From assembly GCA_041672465.1 (NCBI GenBank), contig JBAYZO010000006.1:1938-65937 (forward strand): 64,000 nucleotides of DNA, in the 5' to 3' direction. The notes beneath the pieces were generated by a model, which saw only the letters and a program-made list of their open reading frames with translations, did not search any database and was not told the DNA's origin. Of the stretch, positions 9,496 through 21,472 are shown piece by piece. Source of the stretch: Eubacteriales bacterium. GTDB taxonomy: Bacteria; Bacillota; Clostridia; Oscillospirales; CAG-382. The translations under genes and the position numbers were made by a program. Numbering within the stretch: the stretch's first letter is position 1; each line of letters starts with the position of its first letter.

Positions 9496-10080
9496 ATGCC
9501 GGAAAATTCAATTAATGCTAAAAACGATTATTTGGAAATAATTGAAATAATATACCTCTCCCCCGAAAACGCCGAGTTTTATGAGACCGAAAACGGTTTT
9601 CCCTGCGTCAAGGCCTTTATTCCTCCTGTCAAGAAAGACGACCTTGAGGAAGAAGCCTCCAAAGACCCCGTATGGCAGGACTTGGGGCGGGCGTTTTTCC
9701 ACCGCGCTTTTCCCTTTGACGACGCCGAAAACTTTATTTCCGTCACCGACAAGGACGGCAACGAGTACGGAGTCATAAAAAGCCTTGACCTGTTTGACGG
9801 GGCGGGGAGAGATATTATTGAAAAAGAGCTTAAGCGAAAATATTTTACCCCTGTTATCACAAAAATACTGTCTTTAAAAGAGCGGTTCGGCTATTCCTAC
9901 TGGGAAGCCGACACCAATCACGGCAGAATGTCGTTCGCCATGCACGACACTTACAGGAATATCGCCAAGGTTTCTGAAAGCCGGCTAATTTTAACCGATG
10001 TTGACGGAAACAGATTTGAGATCCCTGACGTCTTCGGGCTTGACAGAAAAAGCTTTAGAAAAATAGAGCTTTATTTGTAA
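9496..10080 (+). CDS. DUF1854 domain-containing protein
   Basis: About 194 aa from ATG 9496 (the track ORF starts at TTG 9460). The pattern RAFPF, ISV.D.DG.E, FTPVI and D.DGNRFEIPD...LD..S matches my recollection of PF08909. That family typically sits beside ABC exporter genes. Confidence 0.7.
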   Translation: MPENSINAKNDYLEIIEIIYLSPENAEFYETENGFPCVKAFIPPVKKDDLEEEASKDPVWQDLGRAFFHRAFPFDDAENFISVTDKDGNEYGVIKSLDLFDGAGRDIIEKELKRKYFTPVITKILSLKERFGYSYWEADTNHGRMSFAMHDTYRNIAKVSESRLILTDVDGNRFEIPDVFGLDRKSFRKIELYL

Positions 10081-10127
10081 CCCCAACCGCAAAAACTTTT
10101 GCAAATTTGATAAGGAATGATAACTAT

Positions 10128-12368
10128 ATGCCTCCCAAACTAAAAACAAACCGCCATCTGTACGACGGCGTTTTGGAGCGGGTGAAGGCCTCTTTTGACG
10201 CCGAACCGCAGTTTACCTTCAGGTACAACTTGTCAAGAGACAACATATATATCGTCGGCGCGGGCGGGGTGGGGAAAAATACCCTTCACTTGTGCGGCGA
10301 TAAAAAGAATGAAACGGGAAAAACAGAAATAATAACGCTTTCCATCGCAGATATGGACGATATCGAGTATATTCAGTATGTCGGCTGCGCCGCCATTGAG
10401 TACACCTCCGGCGGGGTGAGAAAAGAGCTTTGCCGAAGCGATATGAAAAACGCCGTCGCCCTTCAAAACACCGTTAAGCGGCTGAAAGCCGTCCGCGACG
10501 GCAGGGTTATAGGCGCTATCGACGAAAACGAGGACTTCACAAGCTGCCCGAACTGCGGCACGCCCTACCGCGCCGGGTCAAAGACCTGCGCCGTCTGCGC
10601 CAACCGTAAAAAGCTGTTTATGCGGGTGATTCCGTTCGCGAAGGACTACAAGTGGCCGATCGCTCTGTCGCTGGTTTTGTTTTTCGCAGTCACGGCAATT
10701 AATATTTACGCTCCTTATATAAGCAAGGAGCTTATCGACGGGTATCTAAGCGTTAAGGACGGACTGCCGGGCCCGGACAGCGGGTTTTTCAAGCTTATTG
10801 CCGCCATGGTGGGGGTGGCGTTTTTGCTGACCCTCCTCCCCATGCTGAGGCAGATAATTCTTGTTAAGGTCGGCAACAAAATTTCGGTCAACCTAAAAGA
10901 GGCAGTTTACCGCAAGGTTCAGGAAATGTCGCTGGCAGGTATCAGCAAAAGGACGGCGGGGGAAATTATCACCCGGATAACACAGGACACCGACGTCATG
11001 AGAGACTTTTTGGTGGCTGTGCTCCCCGACGTTTTGCGAATCGGGCTGACGTTTATCGGGGTAAGCCTTGTGATGTTCTTTATGAGCTGGCAGCTCACGC
11101 TTCTCGTACTCCTCCCCATTCCCTTTATAATGATAATGTTTTATTTCCTGCGGACCTTTATGCACTCGATTTTTGTAAGGCAGTGGCATTCGGAATCGGC
11201 GGTGAACTCGCTGCTCCACGACGTGTTTTCGGGGATACGCGTGGTAAAAGTCTTCGGCACCGAAAAATACGAATCCGTGCGGTTTGACAAAGCCGCCAAA
11301 AAGGTCGCGGATATATCTAAAAAGAACGAAAAGACTTGGAACACAATAATGCCTTTCGCTTTCTTTCTGCTTGGAATCGGCGAGTACGCCGTGCTGTTTT
11401 TCGTGGGGGGAAAAATTATCGACGGCGCTATGACGCTGGGTCAGCTCACTTTGTTTATGAGCTATGTCTATATGATTTACGGCCCGGTAAGACAGGCCGC
11501 TTTCTTGCCGAGGCAGTTCGCCAGAGCCATGACGTCTATGTCAAAGGTGTTCGAGCTCCTTGACGAGCAGCCCGAAGTCGCCGATATAGAAATACCGGTC
11601 GAAAGGGATATCATAGGCGACATTCATTTTGAGAACGTCCGATTTGGGTATAATAACTATGAGGACGTGCTTAAAAACATCACCGTCGGCATTAACAAAG
11701 GTGACATGGTGGGGCTTGTCGGGCGAAGCGGCGTGGGGAAATCCACCCTTATTAACCTTGTCATGCGCCTTTACGACGTGACGGGCGGGGGAATAAAAAT
11801 TGACGGCACCGATATCCGCGAATACGAACAGCACTGCCTTAGGTCGCAAATCGGCGTGGTTTTGCAGGAGACATATCTCTTCCGGGGGACGATATACTCA
11901 AACATCGCCTACGCCCTGCCGGGCTGCACAAAAGAGGACGTTATAAAAGCCTCCAAGCTCGCCAACGCGCACCAGTTTATAATGAAGCTCCCCGACGCCT
12001 ACAACACCCTTGTGGGGGAAAGAGGGCAGACGCTCTCGGGCGGAGAAAAGCAAAGAGTGGCAATCGCCCGCGCCGTGCTCCGCAACCCGAGAATACTTAT
12101 TCTTGACGAGGCGACGGCGTCGCTTGACACCATCACCGAAAAGCTTATCCAAGACGCCCTTAACCAGCTTACCTCCGGGAGGACGACTATCGCCATCGCT
12201 CACAGGCTCGCCACCCTCCGCAACGCCACAAAGCTTATAGTGCTTGAAAGGGGCGAGATAGAGGAAGTCGGCACCCATGACGAGCTTTTAGCGAACGGCA
12301 AGAGGTATTACAAGCTTGTAATGGCGCAGAGACAAATGTCGCGGATGTTAAAGACAAAAAAGCGGTGA
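10128..12368 (+). CDS. ABC exporter half-transporter (TMD+NBD) with N-terminal cytoplasmic domain and C4 zinc ribbon
   Basis: The N-domain is followed by CPNC-x10-CAVC, then the TMD. The NBD has GRSGVGKST, LSGGEKQR, LILDEATASLD and AHRL. The start is ATG 10128 or TTG 10107. Confidence 0.9.
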   Translation: MPPKLKTNRHLYDGVLERVKASFDAEPQFTFRYNLSRDNIYIVGAGGVGKNTLHLCGDKKNETGKTEIITLSIADMDDIEYIQYVGCAAIEYTSGGVRKELCRSDMKNAVALQNTVKRLKAVRDGRVIGAIDENEDFTSCPNCGTPYRAGSKTCAVCANRKKLFMRVIPFAKDYKWPIALSLVLFFAVTAINIYAPYISKELIDGYLSVKDGLPGPDSGFFKLIAAMVGVAFLLTLLPMLRQIILVKVGNKISVNLKEAVYRKVQEMSLAGISKRTAGEIITRITQDTDVMRDFLVAVLPDVLRIGLTFIGVSLVMFFMSWQLTLLVLLPIPFIMIMFYFLRTFMHSIFVRQWHSESAVNSLLHDVFSGIRVVKVFGTEKYESVRFDKAAKKVADISKKNEKTWNTIMPFAFFLLGIGEYAVLFFVGGKIIDGAMTLGQLTLFMSYVYMIYGPVRQAAFLPRQFARAMTSMSKVFELLDEQPEVADIEIPVERDIIGDIHFENVRFGYNNYEDVLKNITVGINKGDMVGLVGRSGVGKSTLINLVMRLYDVTGGGIKIDGTDIREYEQHCLRSQIGVVLQETYLFRGTIYSNIAYALPGCTKEDVIKASKLANAHQFIMKLPDAYNTLVGERGQTLSGGEKQRVAIARAVLRNPRILILDEATASLDTITEKLIQDALNQLTSGRTTIAIAHRLATLRNATKLIVLERGEIEEVGTHDELLANGKRYYKLVMAQRQMSRMLKTKKR

Positions 12369-12427
12369 TAAGTTAAAGGCGAACCTTGCAGTCCGCCCTT
12401 AAAATAAAACAGGAAGAAATATGGAGT

Positions 12428-13825
12428 ATGACTAACAAAGAAAAAACAATGGACAAAATCGTTGCCTTTTGCAAAGGCAGGGGGTTTATTTACGGCGGGA
12501 GCGAAATATACGGCGGGCTCGCGAACACTTGGGATTACGGCCCGCTTGGCGTTGAGCTGAAAAACAACGTAAAAAAAGCCTGGTGGAAGAAGTTTGTCCA
12601 GGAATCCCCTTACAACGTGGGGATTGACAGCGCCATACTCATGAACCGCGAGGTTTGGGTGGCGTCGGGGCATATCTCAAGCTTTAACGACCCGCTTATT
12701 GACTGCCGTTCCTGCAAGATGAGGCATAGAGCCGACAATCTGATAGAGGCTTGGGCAAAAGAAAAAGGGGAAGAAGTCAGCGTCGAAACCCTTGACAACG
12801 ACGCGATGACTGAATTTATAGCTAAAAACAATGTCGCCTGCCCCGGCTGCGGCAAGAGCGACTTCACCCCGATAAGAAAATTCAACATGATGTTTAAAAC
12901 TTTTCAGGGTGTTACCGAGGACGGCGCAAACGAGGTATACCTCCGCCCCGAGACCGCTCAGGGGATTTTTGTAAACTTTAAAAACATAACCCGTACCACG
13001 CGGAAGAAGATACCTTTCGGCGTGTGCCAGATAGGAAAATCCTTTAGAAACGAGATAACCCCGGGCAACTTCACCTTCCGCACGCGGGAATTTGAGCAAA
13101 TGGAGCTTGAGTTTTTTTGCAAGCCGGGTGATGACCTCGAATGGTTTGATTATTGGAAGAATTATTGCCATAACTGGCTTATCGAACTCGGGCTAAAGGA
13201 CGAAAACCTAAAGCTCCGCGACCACGACAAAGCGGAACTTTCGTTTTACTCAAGGGCGACTACCGATTTTGAATACCTGTTCCCCTTTGGCTGGGGGGAG
13301 CTGTGGGGGGTCGCCGACAGGACTGACTATGATTTGTCCGCCCATATGAAACGCTCGGGCGAGGATCTCACTTATTTTGACCAAGACGAAAACACAAAAT
13401 ATATCCCCTATGTAATAGAACCGTCGCTCGGCGCCGACAGGGTCACGTTAGCGTTTTTAATCGACGCGTATGACGAGGAGGAAGTCCCGGACACCGCCGG
13501 CGAAACCCGCGCGGTGCTTAGGCTCCACCCGGCGCTGTCCCCGTTCAAGGCGGCGGTGCTTCCGCTTTCAAAAAAGCTTTCCCCAAGGGCCCGCGAGGTT
13601 CACGCTCTGCTCTCAAAGTATTTTATGACCGATTACGATGAGTCGGGCTCCATAGGCAAGCGGTACAGACGGCAGGACGAGATTGGCACGCCGTTTTGCG
13701 TGACATTTGACTTTGATTCCGAAACCGACGGGAGCGTAACCGTCCGCGACAGGGACACCATGGCGCAGGAAAGGCTTAAAATAAGCGAGGTCAAGGCGTA
13801 TATAGAAGAAAAAATAATTTTTTAA
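12428..13825 (+). CDS. glyQS: Glycine--tRNA ligase (class II, alpha2 type)
   Basis: [22 protein letters not shown], class II motifs and a C-terminal anticodon-binding domain. ATG 12428 follows a GGAAG/TGGAG SD. Confidence 0.93.
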   Translation: MTNKEKTMDKIVAFCKGRGFIYGGSEIYGGLANTWDYGPLGVELKNNVKKAWWKKFVQESPYNVGIDSAILMNREVWVASGHISSFNDPLIDCRSCKMRHRADNLIEAWAKEKGEEVSVETLDNDAMTEFIAKNNVACPGCGKSDFTPIRKFNMMFKTFQGVTEDGANEVYLRPETAQGIFVNFKNITRTTRKKIPFGVCQIGKSFRNEITPGNFTFRTREFEQMELEFFCKPGDDLEWFDYWKNYCHNWLIELGLKDENLKLRDHDKAELSFYSRATTDFEYLFPFGWGELWGVADRTDYDLSAHMKRSGEDLTYFDQDENTKYIPYVIEPSLGADRVTLAFLIDAYDEEEVPDTAGETRAVLRLHPALSPFKAAVLPLSKKLSPRAREVHALLSKYFMTDYDESGSIGKRYRRQDEIGTPFCVTFDFDSETDGSVTVRDRDTMAQERLKISEVKAYIEEKIIF

Positions 13826-13840
13826 TATATTTAATAAAAC

Positions 13841-13885
13841 AACCGGGCGGGTTTTGGCTTTTGCCGTATACCGCCCGGTTTTTTT
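13841..13885 (+). terminator. Rho-independent terminator after glyQS
   Basis: AACCGGGCGG ... CCGCCCGGTT stem followed by T7. Confidence 0.8.
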
Positions 13886-14003
13886 ACCGCTGTTCGCGTT
13901 TTAAAACTCAAAGGGCTCTTCGGGCGTAAAACCCGAAAAACCCTTTGGAAAACAACTTTGCCTTATATTTAAGGCGTATTCGCAAGCGCTTGGCTTGGTT
14001 TTA

Positions 14004-14840
14004 TTACCTGCCGCCACCGCAGCGATCGTCGCGGGGGCGCGGGGGGTCCGCGTAGGGGTAGAACTCATCAAACGGGAACGCCATCTTGCCGAACACAGAG
14101 CAAGGGTCGGTGCCGCCGTGGGGGGTGGATTCTTTTTCCGGCAGACAGTAGTTGCAGGCCGGGAGTATGAGCTGAACGGGGCGCTCCATGCGAATGACGG
14201 TGAACATTCCTATTGTGACATACACTCTTTTTGAACCTATATCCTCGACAAAACACCCCTCAAAGCAATTTCTTATGCTGTCGGGTATGGCGTCGACGGA
14301 AATGCAGCAGTTCCCGAAAGGACGGCAGCGCTCGTGCACCTTGGTGTCAAGGCAAACGGGGGAGGCCGCTTCCACGGTCACTATGGGGAGAGTTGGCTCT
14401 ACCTTGCAGTTAAACTCAATCGGAGGGGGGCAGAAGGTATTGTGATAGGGGTCGGACGTAAATACCGAAACGTTCTTTTCGCTTCCGTAGAGAATGATTT
14501 TCTTGTCGAAAACCGCGAGCCCTTTAACCATTTCAACCTTACCCATGCACATACAGCACTCAAGCTTTACGCAGAAGTAGAAACGGATGAGAACCTGATA
14601 AAACCCCTTGTTAAAGGGAATGGGTTCCAGGCTTATATGGGTGTTAATAACCTCCACGCTTTTGCAGCGAATAGCGGTGGCTCTGTCAATTATCTCCTGA
14701 TAACAGTCGCAGAAGTGGACTCTGACATCTTCCAGACAATCCTTATCTTTCGCGGAATCAAAAACCTTATTCACGCTGATGCAGCAAAGCGGGTCGGAGG
14801 GCTTCCCGCAAAAGCAGCGGGAAGGCGTTTTGTCAACCAT
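14004..14840 (-). CDS. Cysteine-rich protein of unknown function (candidate spore coat/exosporium component)
   Basis: 278 aa with about 24 Cys. The CCISV motif occurs twice (residues 19-23 and 178-182). A strong AGGAGG SD sits upstream, there is no signal peptide, and the gene ends in tandem stops. Confidence 0.6.
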   Translation of the reverse strand: MVDKTPSRCFCGKPSDPLCCISVNKVFDSAKDKDCLEDVRVHFCDCYQEIIDRATAIRCKSVEVINTHISLEPIPFNKGFYQVLIRFYFCVKLECCMCMGKVEMVKGLAVFDKKIILYGSEKNVSVFTSDPYHNTFCPPPIEFNCKVEPTLPIVTVEAASPVCLDTKVHERCRPFGNCCISVDAIPDSIRNCFEGCFVEDIGSKRVYVTIGMFTVIRMERPVQLILPACNYCLPEKESTPHGGTDPCSVFGKMAFPFDEFYPYADPPRPRDDRCGGGR

Positions 14841-15021
14841 TTATATACCTCCTAAGTAATATACGGAAAATTCCTTCTCCTTGTAACAGGTTATGCCGTT
14901 ACGTACGATTTGTGAAAATTTTGTAGAAAAGACAGAAAAGAAATTTATTTGTATAAAAATGGCGACAGGTTGTTTTTTATTATATATATTATTCGGTACA
15001 ATACAATTTGCCTCGGAGGCA

Positions 15022-15050
15022 ATAAAAAAATCGTCTAAGCAGACGATTTG
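15022..15050 (-). terminator. Rho-independent terminator at the end of the opp-like operon
   Basis: On the minus strand: AATCGTCT-GCTT-AGACGATT followed by T7. The hairpin contains the stop codon of the last gene. Confidence 0.75.
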
Positions 15051-15475
15051 TTAAAGAGCAGTAAAAAAATAACGGCGAGCAAAAGATAAACCAACCCGGC
15101 GAATATGAGGTGAAGATATTCCCGCTTTTTTTCGCTCATCGCCAGACGGTATTCATAAAAATCGCGGTAGGTTCGTTTTTCCTTTGAAATATCCCTTTTA
15201 AAGAGCAAAAAAAACGTTCTTATGCCGTAACGCAGCATATCAAACGTCCCCTGAGCCGAAATAACCGTCAACATACCTATACCGATAAACAAAACGCCGG
15301 GGATTAAAAAGGAATCCGAAAGCCGCCTTAAAGTTTGGGGCATGTCTTCCCCCCTGCCGCCGTACAGGGCGAAAACCCCCGCGAAAATAAGCCCGCCGAC
15401 GCTAAGCGAGACAATAAAAGGAATAAGATTCTTTATTCTGTCTCTGATTCTGCTTTCGGCGGGTTTTGGTTTCAT
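15035..15475 (-). CDS. Small membrane protein, DUF3899-like
   Basis: The start is taken at ATG 15475, forming an ATGA overlap with the oppF stop. The protein has 3-4 hydrophobic helices and the motif FDMLRYGIRTFF...YRDFYEYR. Confidence 0.55.
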   Translation of the reverse strand: MKPKPAESRIRDRIKNLIPFIVSLSVGGLIFAGVFALYGGRGEDMPQTLRRLSDSFLIPGVLFIGIGMLTVISAQGTFDMLRYGIRTFFLLFKRDISKEKRTYRDFYEYRLAMSEKKREYLHLIFAGLVYLLLAVIFLLLFNKSSA

Positions 15476-16528
15476 GGCTTGTCTTTGGCTTCCCGGGATT
15501 TTTTGCAAGCTTCCTCCTCGGCGGAGTTGCAGAGGACGAAATGCCCGGGCGTGACTTCCCTAAGCGTGGGTTTATCGGTTGAATAGTCGTGGTCAAGGGC
15601 GGGCTCGTATTTCAGCCTGACCCTCTTTTTTTCATACAGCGGGTCGGGGAGGGGTATCGCCGACAGCAGCGCTTTGGTGTAGGGGTGGTACGGATGGGCG
15701 AAAAGCTCGTCGGTGTCGGCGAGTTCCACCATTTTGCCGTAGTACATAACGGCGATTCGGTCCGAAAAATACTTGACCACCGAGAGGTCATGGGCGATAA
15801 ACATTATCGTAAGCCCCATTTTAACCCGCAGGTCGTTGAGCAGGTTTATTATTTGCGCCTGTATCGAGACGTCAAGCGCCGAGATAGGCTCGTCGGCTAT
15901 TATGAGTTCCGGCTCAAGCGCCATGGCGCGGGCGATGCCGATACGCTGTTTTTGCCCGCCCGAAAACTCATGCGGATAGCGTTCGGCGTGTTCGGGAACA
16001 AGCCCAACCATATCAAGCATTTCTCCCACGCGCTTGTCAATATAGGCTTTGTCGTTTTTACCTTTAATAATCAGCCCTTCGGATATTATTTCCCTGACCG
16101 TCATCCGCGGGTTGAGCGACGCGACGGGATCTTGGAAGATCATTTGCATTTTAGTCATTATACCGGCGTTTTTCACCTCGGCGACTTCTTTTTTAGCCCT
16201 TGTTATTTCAAGCTGTTTTTCTCTCGCCTCTTTAGTTTTTCCCGCTCTGCGGAGCTTTGCCAGCTGCTTTTTCTTCTCGTTGATCCCGCTGCTTATGCGA
16301 TGGCCTTTAAAGAAAATATCCCCGCCGGTGATTTCGTACAACTTAATGATATCCCTGCCTGTGGTCGTCTTCCCGCAGCCGGATTCCCCGACCATGCCGA
16401 ACACCTCGCCTTTTTTTATAAAGAACGAAATGTCGTCGACAGCCTTGACCACCGATCCCCTGCCCAGCTTAAAATATTGTTTTAAATGCTCTACCCGGAG
16501 GATTATTTCTCTGTTATCATTGTCGTTA

Positions 16529-16536
<8 letters not shown>
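15472..16536 (-). CDS. oppF: Oligopeptide/dipeptide-type ABC transporter ATP-binding protein (OppF-like, with insertion)
   Basis: GESGCGKTT, FQDP, FSGGQKQR, IADEPISALD and a C-terminal oligopeptide-type extension. A charged insert of about 45 aa lies before the Q-loop. Confidence 0.88.
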
Positions 16537-18652
<2,116 letters not shown>

Positions 18653-18655
18653 GAT

Positions 18656-20158
18656 TTATTCCTCCGTTCCCCTAAGCGACGGGTTAAACGCGTCGCGAAG
18701 TCCGTTGCCGAAGAGGTTAAACGAAATCATTAGTAACGAGATAACGAGCGACGGCCAAAAAATGATATGCGGGAAGTTCATAAGCGACCCCTGACCGTTT
18801 GCCAGCATGGCGCCGAGCGACGTGGTGTTTTTGCCCTGTAGGTTTACGATCCCGAGATATGACAAAAACGATTCTGAAAATATAACGCCGGGGATAACAA
18901 GCACCGAGGAAGTAATTATGGTTCCGATGGCGTTTGGGAAGATATGCTTGAACATAATCCGCGCGTCGCCCGCGCCGAGAGTCCTTGCCGCCAGCACATA
19001 TTCCTGCCCCTTAAAGCGGTAAAACTGAGTTCTGACGCGGTAGGCGGTTCCCAGCCAGCCGGTGAGCACAAAGGCGAACAGCAGCGCGGTAAACGCCGAA
19101 ACCTTGCCGGTTCTGACAAGGTGGAGCTGGAACAGCGTCGCCACCACCAAAAACGGCACCTCGTTTAGGATATCCGAAATCCTTTCCATTATTAGGTCTA
19201 TCCAGCCGCCGTAATAACCCTCGACAGCCCCGTAAATGGCGCCGATAATAAAGTTGATAATAGAAACAAAAACCGAAAGCAGCAGCGAAAGCCTGATTCC
19301 GTAAGCGAGGCGAACCATGATGTCGTATCCCTGCGTGTCGGTGCCCAAGATATATTGCGGCTCATTGCCGTTTTGATATATATAGTAATTGTAATAAAGG
19401 ATCCTCACCCTGTACTGCTTCGGGGCGTCTTTTTCGCTTGAGGCAATCGGGGTTTCGTAAAGTATATCGCCGTTTTTGTCGCGCTTGTAGTTGTCAACGT
19501 AAACGCCGTTTTTAGCCTCCGTGTACCACATATTGGCGTCGTTTTCGGAAAGCGGGACGTCAAGCACGGGATAAATAATGGTCAGTCCGGATTCTTTCTC
19601 CCACGCTATGATGGCGTCATATTCTTTTTGAGTGATTTGTTTAAATTGAAATCCTTCCTGATAGTAGACCTCAACATCCACATTATAATATGTCTTGCCG
19701 GCGTCAACGGTTGCGGAATAACTCTTTACGGGGTTATATTTATTTGCGGCGGCTATATCAAAAGAAGCATTTTTGTCTGTTTCTTTATTAAAAGTGGCGG
19801 CTACGCCTATGCCATAGATATAATTAAATTCATTTTGGTTGACCGTTTTATGAGTAATAGCGGTGCCGAGCCCTATTTTTGAGAGCAGAAAGCTCCTCGC
19901 GGTCTTTTTTTTATAGGTTATGTCGCTCTCGTACACCGCGTGGTTGGAAAAAAGCGGGGCAAGCAAGCCGAAAAGCACTATTACAATTATTATAATGGCG
20001 GCGACGACCGACGATTTATTTTTTCTGAACCTTATCCAAGCGTCTTTAAAATATCCGATCGGTTTTGTCTCGAACTTTAAGTCGTGTATATTTTTATCAA
20101 GCTGGGCAAACTCAAAAGCCCCTTTTTCAATCGGTTCCCTGTATTCGTTCGGACTCAT
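18656..20158 (-). CDS. oppC: ABC transporter permease (OppC/DppC-like) with large extracytoplasmic insertion
   Basis: 500 aa. N-terminal TM1 is followed by a hydrophilic segment of about 200 aa, then a BPD-transporter core with the EAA-like loop ARTLGAGDARIMFKHIFPN. Confidence 0.88.
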   Translation of the reverse strand: MSPNEYREPIEKGAFEFAQLDKNIHDLKFETKPIGYFKDAWIRFRKNKSSVVAAIIIIVIVLFGLLAPLFSNHAVYESDITYKKKTARSFLLSKIGLGTAITHKTVNQNEFNYIYGIGVAATFNKETDKNASFDIAAANKYNPVKSYSATVDAGKTYYNVDVEVYYQEGFQFKQITQKEYDAIIAWEKESGLTIIYPVLDVPLSENDANMWYTEAKNGVYVDNYKRDKNGDILYETPIASSEKDAPKQYRVRILYYNYYIYQNGNEPQYILGTDTQGYDIMVRLAYGIRLSLLLSVFVSIINFIIGAIYGAVEGYYGGWIDLIMERISDILNEVPFLVVATLFQLHLVRTGKVSAFTALLFAFVLTGWLGTAYRVRTQFYRFKGQEYVLAARTLGAGDARIMFKHIFPNAIGTIITSSVLVIPGVIFSESFLSYLGIVNLQGKNTTSLGAMLANGQGSLMNFPHIIFWPSLVISLLMISFNLFGNGLRDAFNPSLRGTEE

Positions 20159-21135
20159 TGTTTTTTCGCCCCCATTCTTATGCGCGGGTCAATAAACCCA
20201 TAACTTAAGTCAATTAGTATTGACGCCGCAAGCCCTATAAAGGTATAAAACATCCCCACCGCCATAAACACGTCATAGTCGAGAAGCGATATCGCCTTGA
20301 CATAAATTGGCCCGATGCCGGGAATCGCGAAAATTTGCTCGATAATGATCGAGCCGCCGAGCACCCCGACAAACGAACCGATTATCGCGGGCAAAATCGG
20401 CACCATCGCGTTGCGGAGAGCGTGGCGGCGGGTTGCCTGCGATTTTGATAGTCCTTTTGTGCGGGCGAGCAGCATATAGTCGCTGGTAAGCGTTTCGGTA
20501 AGTTCGGCGCGGGTGAATCTGGTCAGCCCGGCAATACTGCCGAAAGACAGCGCGAGCACGGGGAGGATTTGCGACCTGAACATGATCCAAGTGAAATAAG
20601 ACCCCCCCGCCTCCCTGAGGGATGCTTGAATAATCGGCAGAAGTCCTAATTTATACGCGATAAAATACTGGACGATAAAGGCGTAAACATAACTTGGCAC
20701 CGAATAAAAAACCATAGTGAGGGTGGAAAGCGTGTAGTCCTGCCATTTGTTCTTTTTGAGCGCCGAATAAATGCCTATAAGAATACCTATGGGCACCGAG
20801 AAAATAAGGGAGTAGGTGTTTACCAGCACCGTCGGCAGCAGTCTTGAAAAAATAACGTCGTTGACTGTCGAGAGGCGGTCAATCTTCCATGAAGTTCCCC
20901 AATCCCATTTTGTTATTATATTTTTAGCGTATATTCTAAGCTGTTCCAAGATAGGTTTGTTATACCCCAGCGCCTCTCTGCGAGCTTCCTCAACCGCGGC
21001 CTGATCGGCATACATAGCGTCTTCCCTTGAGTTGTCAAGCGCTTTTATAAGAACAAAACATATTGTAAAAATAATAACAAACGTCAGCAGCATCAGCAGT
21101 ATGCGCTTTAAGATATATAGTATCATATCGTTCAT
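20155..21135 (-). CDS. oppB: ABC transporter permease (OppB/DppB-like)
   Basis: 326 aa with N-terminal ILKRILLMLLTF and EAA loop ARTKGLSKSQATRRHALRNA. Its stop forms an ATGA overlap with the oppC start. Confidence 0.9.
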   Translation of the reverse strand: MNDMILYILKRILLMLLTFVIIFTICFVLIKALDNSREDAMYADQAAVEEARREALGYNKPILEQLRIYAKNIITKWDWGTSWKIDRLSTVNDVIFSRLLPTVLVNTYSLIFSVPIGILIGIYSALKKNKWQDYTLSTLTMVFYSVPSYVYAFIVQYFIAYKLGLLPIIQASLREAGGSYFTWIMFRSQILPVLALSFGSIAGLTRFTRAELTETLTSDYMLLARTKGLSKSQATRRHALRNAMVPILPAIIGSFVGVLGGSIIIEQIFAIPGIGPIYVKAISLLDYDVFMAVGMFYTFIGLAASILIDLSYGFIDPRIRMGAKKQ

Positions 21136-21340
21136 ATATCTTTGTTTCTCCTGTTTCTGGTTCTACACGATTACGCCCTTTTTTACACAAACAGACAATC
21201 TAACGCCGGAACTCAGCTTAAAAACAATCTTATGTTATATGTTATATGTTATACTAAAGACGGCTTTTATATTATAAATTCCGCTAAAAGGCAATAATCA
21301 GGAAAATTTATCCGCAATGATAAGAAAAATTTGTTTTACT

Positions 21341-21372
21341 AAAGACAGGGCGTAAACATACGCCCTGTCTTT
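21341..21372 (-). terminator. Strong intra-operon hairpin after the binding-protein gene (candidate partial terminator or RNA stabiliser)
   Basis: 13-bp perfect stem AAAGACAGGGCGT/ACGCCCTGTCTTT with a 6-nt loop. It lies about 100 nt downstream of the SBP stop and upstream of oppB. The U-tract is weak. Confidence 0.45.
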
Positions 21373-21472
21373 AAGCGTCTCGGTTACAAACAGTTTAATA
21401 GATTTTTACCGGGCTTCAGACCGACTCGCGGCAATAAAGCCGGCAATAGTAATAATCTAATATAAGTATCTG

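Noticed and set aside
15486-15499. CTTCCCGGGATT, and ATTTCCCGG at about 58194, as possible Noc-binding sites for the ParB/Noc-like protein
   Set aside because: They are only partial or half matches to the Bacillus NBS palindrome (ATTTCCCGGGAAAT). Both lie inside coding sequence, so they are expected by chance.
21229-21250. TATGTTA heptamer repeated three times upstream of oppB
   Set aside because: It is a short AT-rich microrepeat in an intergenic region. There is no second copy or partner motif, so it is likely incidental or a set of overlapping -10-like sequences.
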